Positions 62,511 to 64,000 of a stretch of DNA of 64,000 bases are shown here, in pieces. Numbering within the stretch: the stretch's first letter is position 1; each line of letters starts with the position of its first letter. The translations under genes and the position numbers were made by a program. The DNA is from an uncultured Acidimicrobiia bacterium (lineage in GTDB: Bacteria > Actinomycetota > Acidimicrobiia > Acidimicrobiales > AC-14): the NCBI GenBank assembly GCA_963836205.1, contig CAWIIV010000008.1, forward strand, positions 65,685-129,684. The letters run 5' to 3'. The notes beneath the pieces were generated by a model. That model searched no databases. It saw only the letters and a program-made list of their open reading frames with translations, and had not been told where the DNA came from.

Positions 62511-64000
62511 TTATCGCGACCGGCCGTCGTCCACGCCGGGAACGAAGGGCTCGCCGGGAACGAAGGGCTCGCCGGGAACGAAGCCCTGACGCAGGGTGTT
62601 CTCGCTCACCGCCCGGGGCTCGAGGAACTGGAGCAGGTAGTCGGGGCCTCCTGCCTTCGACCCCACGCCCGACAACCCGTACCCCCCGAACGGGTGGCGG
62701 CCGACGATGGCGCCGGTGATGGCGCGGTTCACGTACACGTTCCCGGCCCGCAGCTCGGCCTCGGCCAGGCGGATGTTGGCCGGCGAGCGCGACAGCACCC
62801 CGGCGGTCAGTGCGTAGTCGGTGACGTTGGCCAGCCCGATGGCGTCCTCGAAGGTCGGCGCCCTCATGACCGACAGGACGGGCCCGAAGATCTCGTCGGT
62901 GGCCAGTCGGCTGCCGGCCTTCACGTCGGCCACCACCGTCGGCCCCACGAACCAGCCCTGGTCGGGGACGTCGTCCCGGGCCGCGACCACCCGCCCCTCC
63001 ATGGGCGCGAACTCGACGTACGACCGCACCCGCTTGAACGCCTCGGCGTCGATCAGGGGGCCGAGGTCGGTGCCCATCTCCCGGGGATGGCCGACCCGCA
63101 GCTGCCGGGCCCCGCCTGCCACCCGCTCTACCATCTGGTCGTAGACGGCGTCGACCACGATCAGCCGGGACAGGGCCGAGCACTTCTGGCCGGCGTAGCC
63201 GAACGCCGAGCCGAGGGCGATGGGGACGGCCTGGTCGAGGTCGGCGTCGGCGTCGACCACGAGGGCGTTCTTGCCCCCCATCTCCGCCACCACCCGCTTG
63301 ACGTGGCGCTGGCCGAGGCCGGTGGACGGCCGCGGCCTGGATGATCTGGAGCCCGACCGCCTTGGAGCCGGTGAAGGCCACGAACGACACGTCGGGGTGT
63401 TCCACCAGGTAGGCGCCCACGTCCTCGCCCACGCCGGGGAGGAAGGCCAGCACCCCCGGCGGCAGGCCGCCCGCCACCAGCGCCTCCACCAGCTTCGACG
63501 CCACCGCCGGCGTCTGCTCGGCCGGCTTGAACAGCACCGCATTGCCGGTGACCAGGGCGGCCGCCACCATGCCCGTGGGGATGGCCAGGGGGAAGTTCCA
63601 CGGGGCGATGACGACGCCGATGCCCCGTCCCTGGTAGTGGAGCCGGTTGTGCTCCCCCGGGGGCGACTGCACCGCCCCGCCCCGGTCCAACCGCAGCATC
63701 TCCCGCCCGTAGTACTCGAGGAAGTCGATGGCCTCGGCCACGTCGGCGTCGGCGTCCTTCCACGGCTTGCCCGCCTCGAACACCTCCAACGCGGTCAGGT
63801 CGGGACGCCGGGCCCGCATCCACTCCGCGGCCCGGAACAGCACCGCCGACCGCTCCCCCGCCGGAGTCCGCCGCCAGGCCGGCCACGCCCGGCGGGCCGC
63901 GTCCATCGCCGCCTCCGCCTCCACCGATGTGCACGACGCCGACTCGGCCACGATCGTGTTGGGGTCGGCGGGGTCGACCGAACGGATCACGGCCGCGGTG
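62511..64000 (-). pseudogene. pruA: L-glutamate gamma-semialdehyde (1-pyrroline-5-carboxylate) dehydrogenase; one frameshift near 63318; 5' end lies beyond the window
   Basis: ALDH motifs: GVVIAPWNFPLAIP, AFTGSKAVG | (frame change) VVAEMGGKNALVVD, FGYAGQKCSALSRLIV, DEIFGPVLSV. The C-terminus carries an 18-nt tandem repeat giving GFVPGEPFVPGEPFVPG. Confidence 0.8.

Overview
This is a high-G+C (about 67-70% by eye) actinobacterial-type chromosomal segment, densely coded, with many 4-nt ATGA/GTGA start/stop overlaps. Recognisable core content includes:
- a MocR regulator with its partner aminotransferase
- an ECF sigma factor with a membrane partner
- lipid genes (fabF-like, acyl-CoA synthetase, desaturase)
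- a NitT/TauT-type ABC importer
- a P450, and mmpL with a TetR regulator
- a GH16 glucanase, a mitochondrial-type aconitase and a LuxR regulator
- cysH plus sulfite reductase
- PAP2/DAG-kinase lipid phosphatases
- tRNA-Val and pruA

Four patches look accessory or unusual.
1. 7.4-10.5 kb holds a decayed serine-recombinase gene and a degraded two-gene HTH module.
2. 28.8-39.5 kb holds an extended S18, a truncated and editing-degenerate LeuRS-like gene coupled to a class-V PLP enzyme, and a divergent ATP-grasp gene. It also holds a tRNA-Pro(UGG)-like gene interrupted by a 115-nt insert in the D-loop, a small repeat-containing ORF, iteron-like tandem repeats, and a CGL/O-methyltransferase/AurF-like/SIS operon.
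3. 39.43-39.51 kb is a 16-nt x5 tandem repeat that forms a chain of 4-codon mini-ORFs between two genes.
4. 52.6-55.9 kb is a low-G+C block encoding a TIR-domain protein with an unknown helical C-terminal domain, next to an IS5/IS1182-type transposase. This is my best candidate for an undescribed (defence-like) system.

Caveat: at least ten otherwise well-conserved genes carry single-nucleotide frameshifts, several in or next to homopolymer runs. Either the assembly has indel errors or the region is decaying. All calls rest on reading the sequence and ORF translations and on remembered family signatures; no searches were run.
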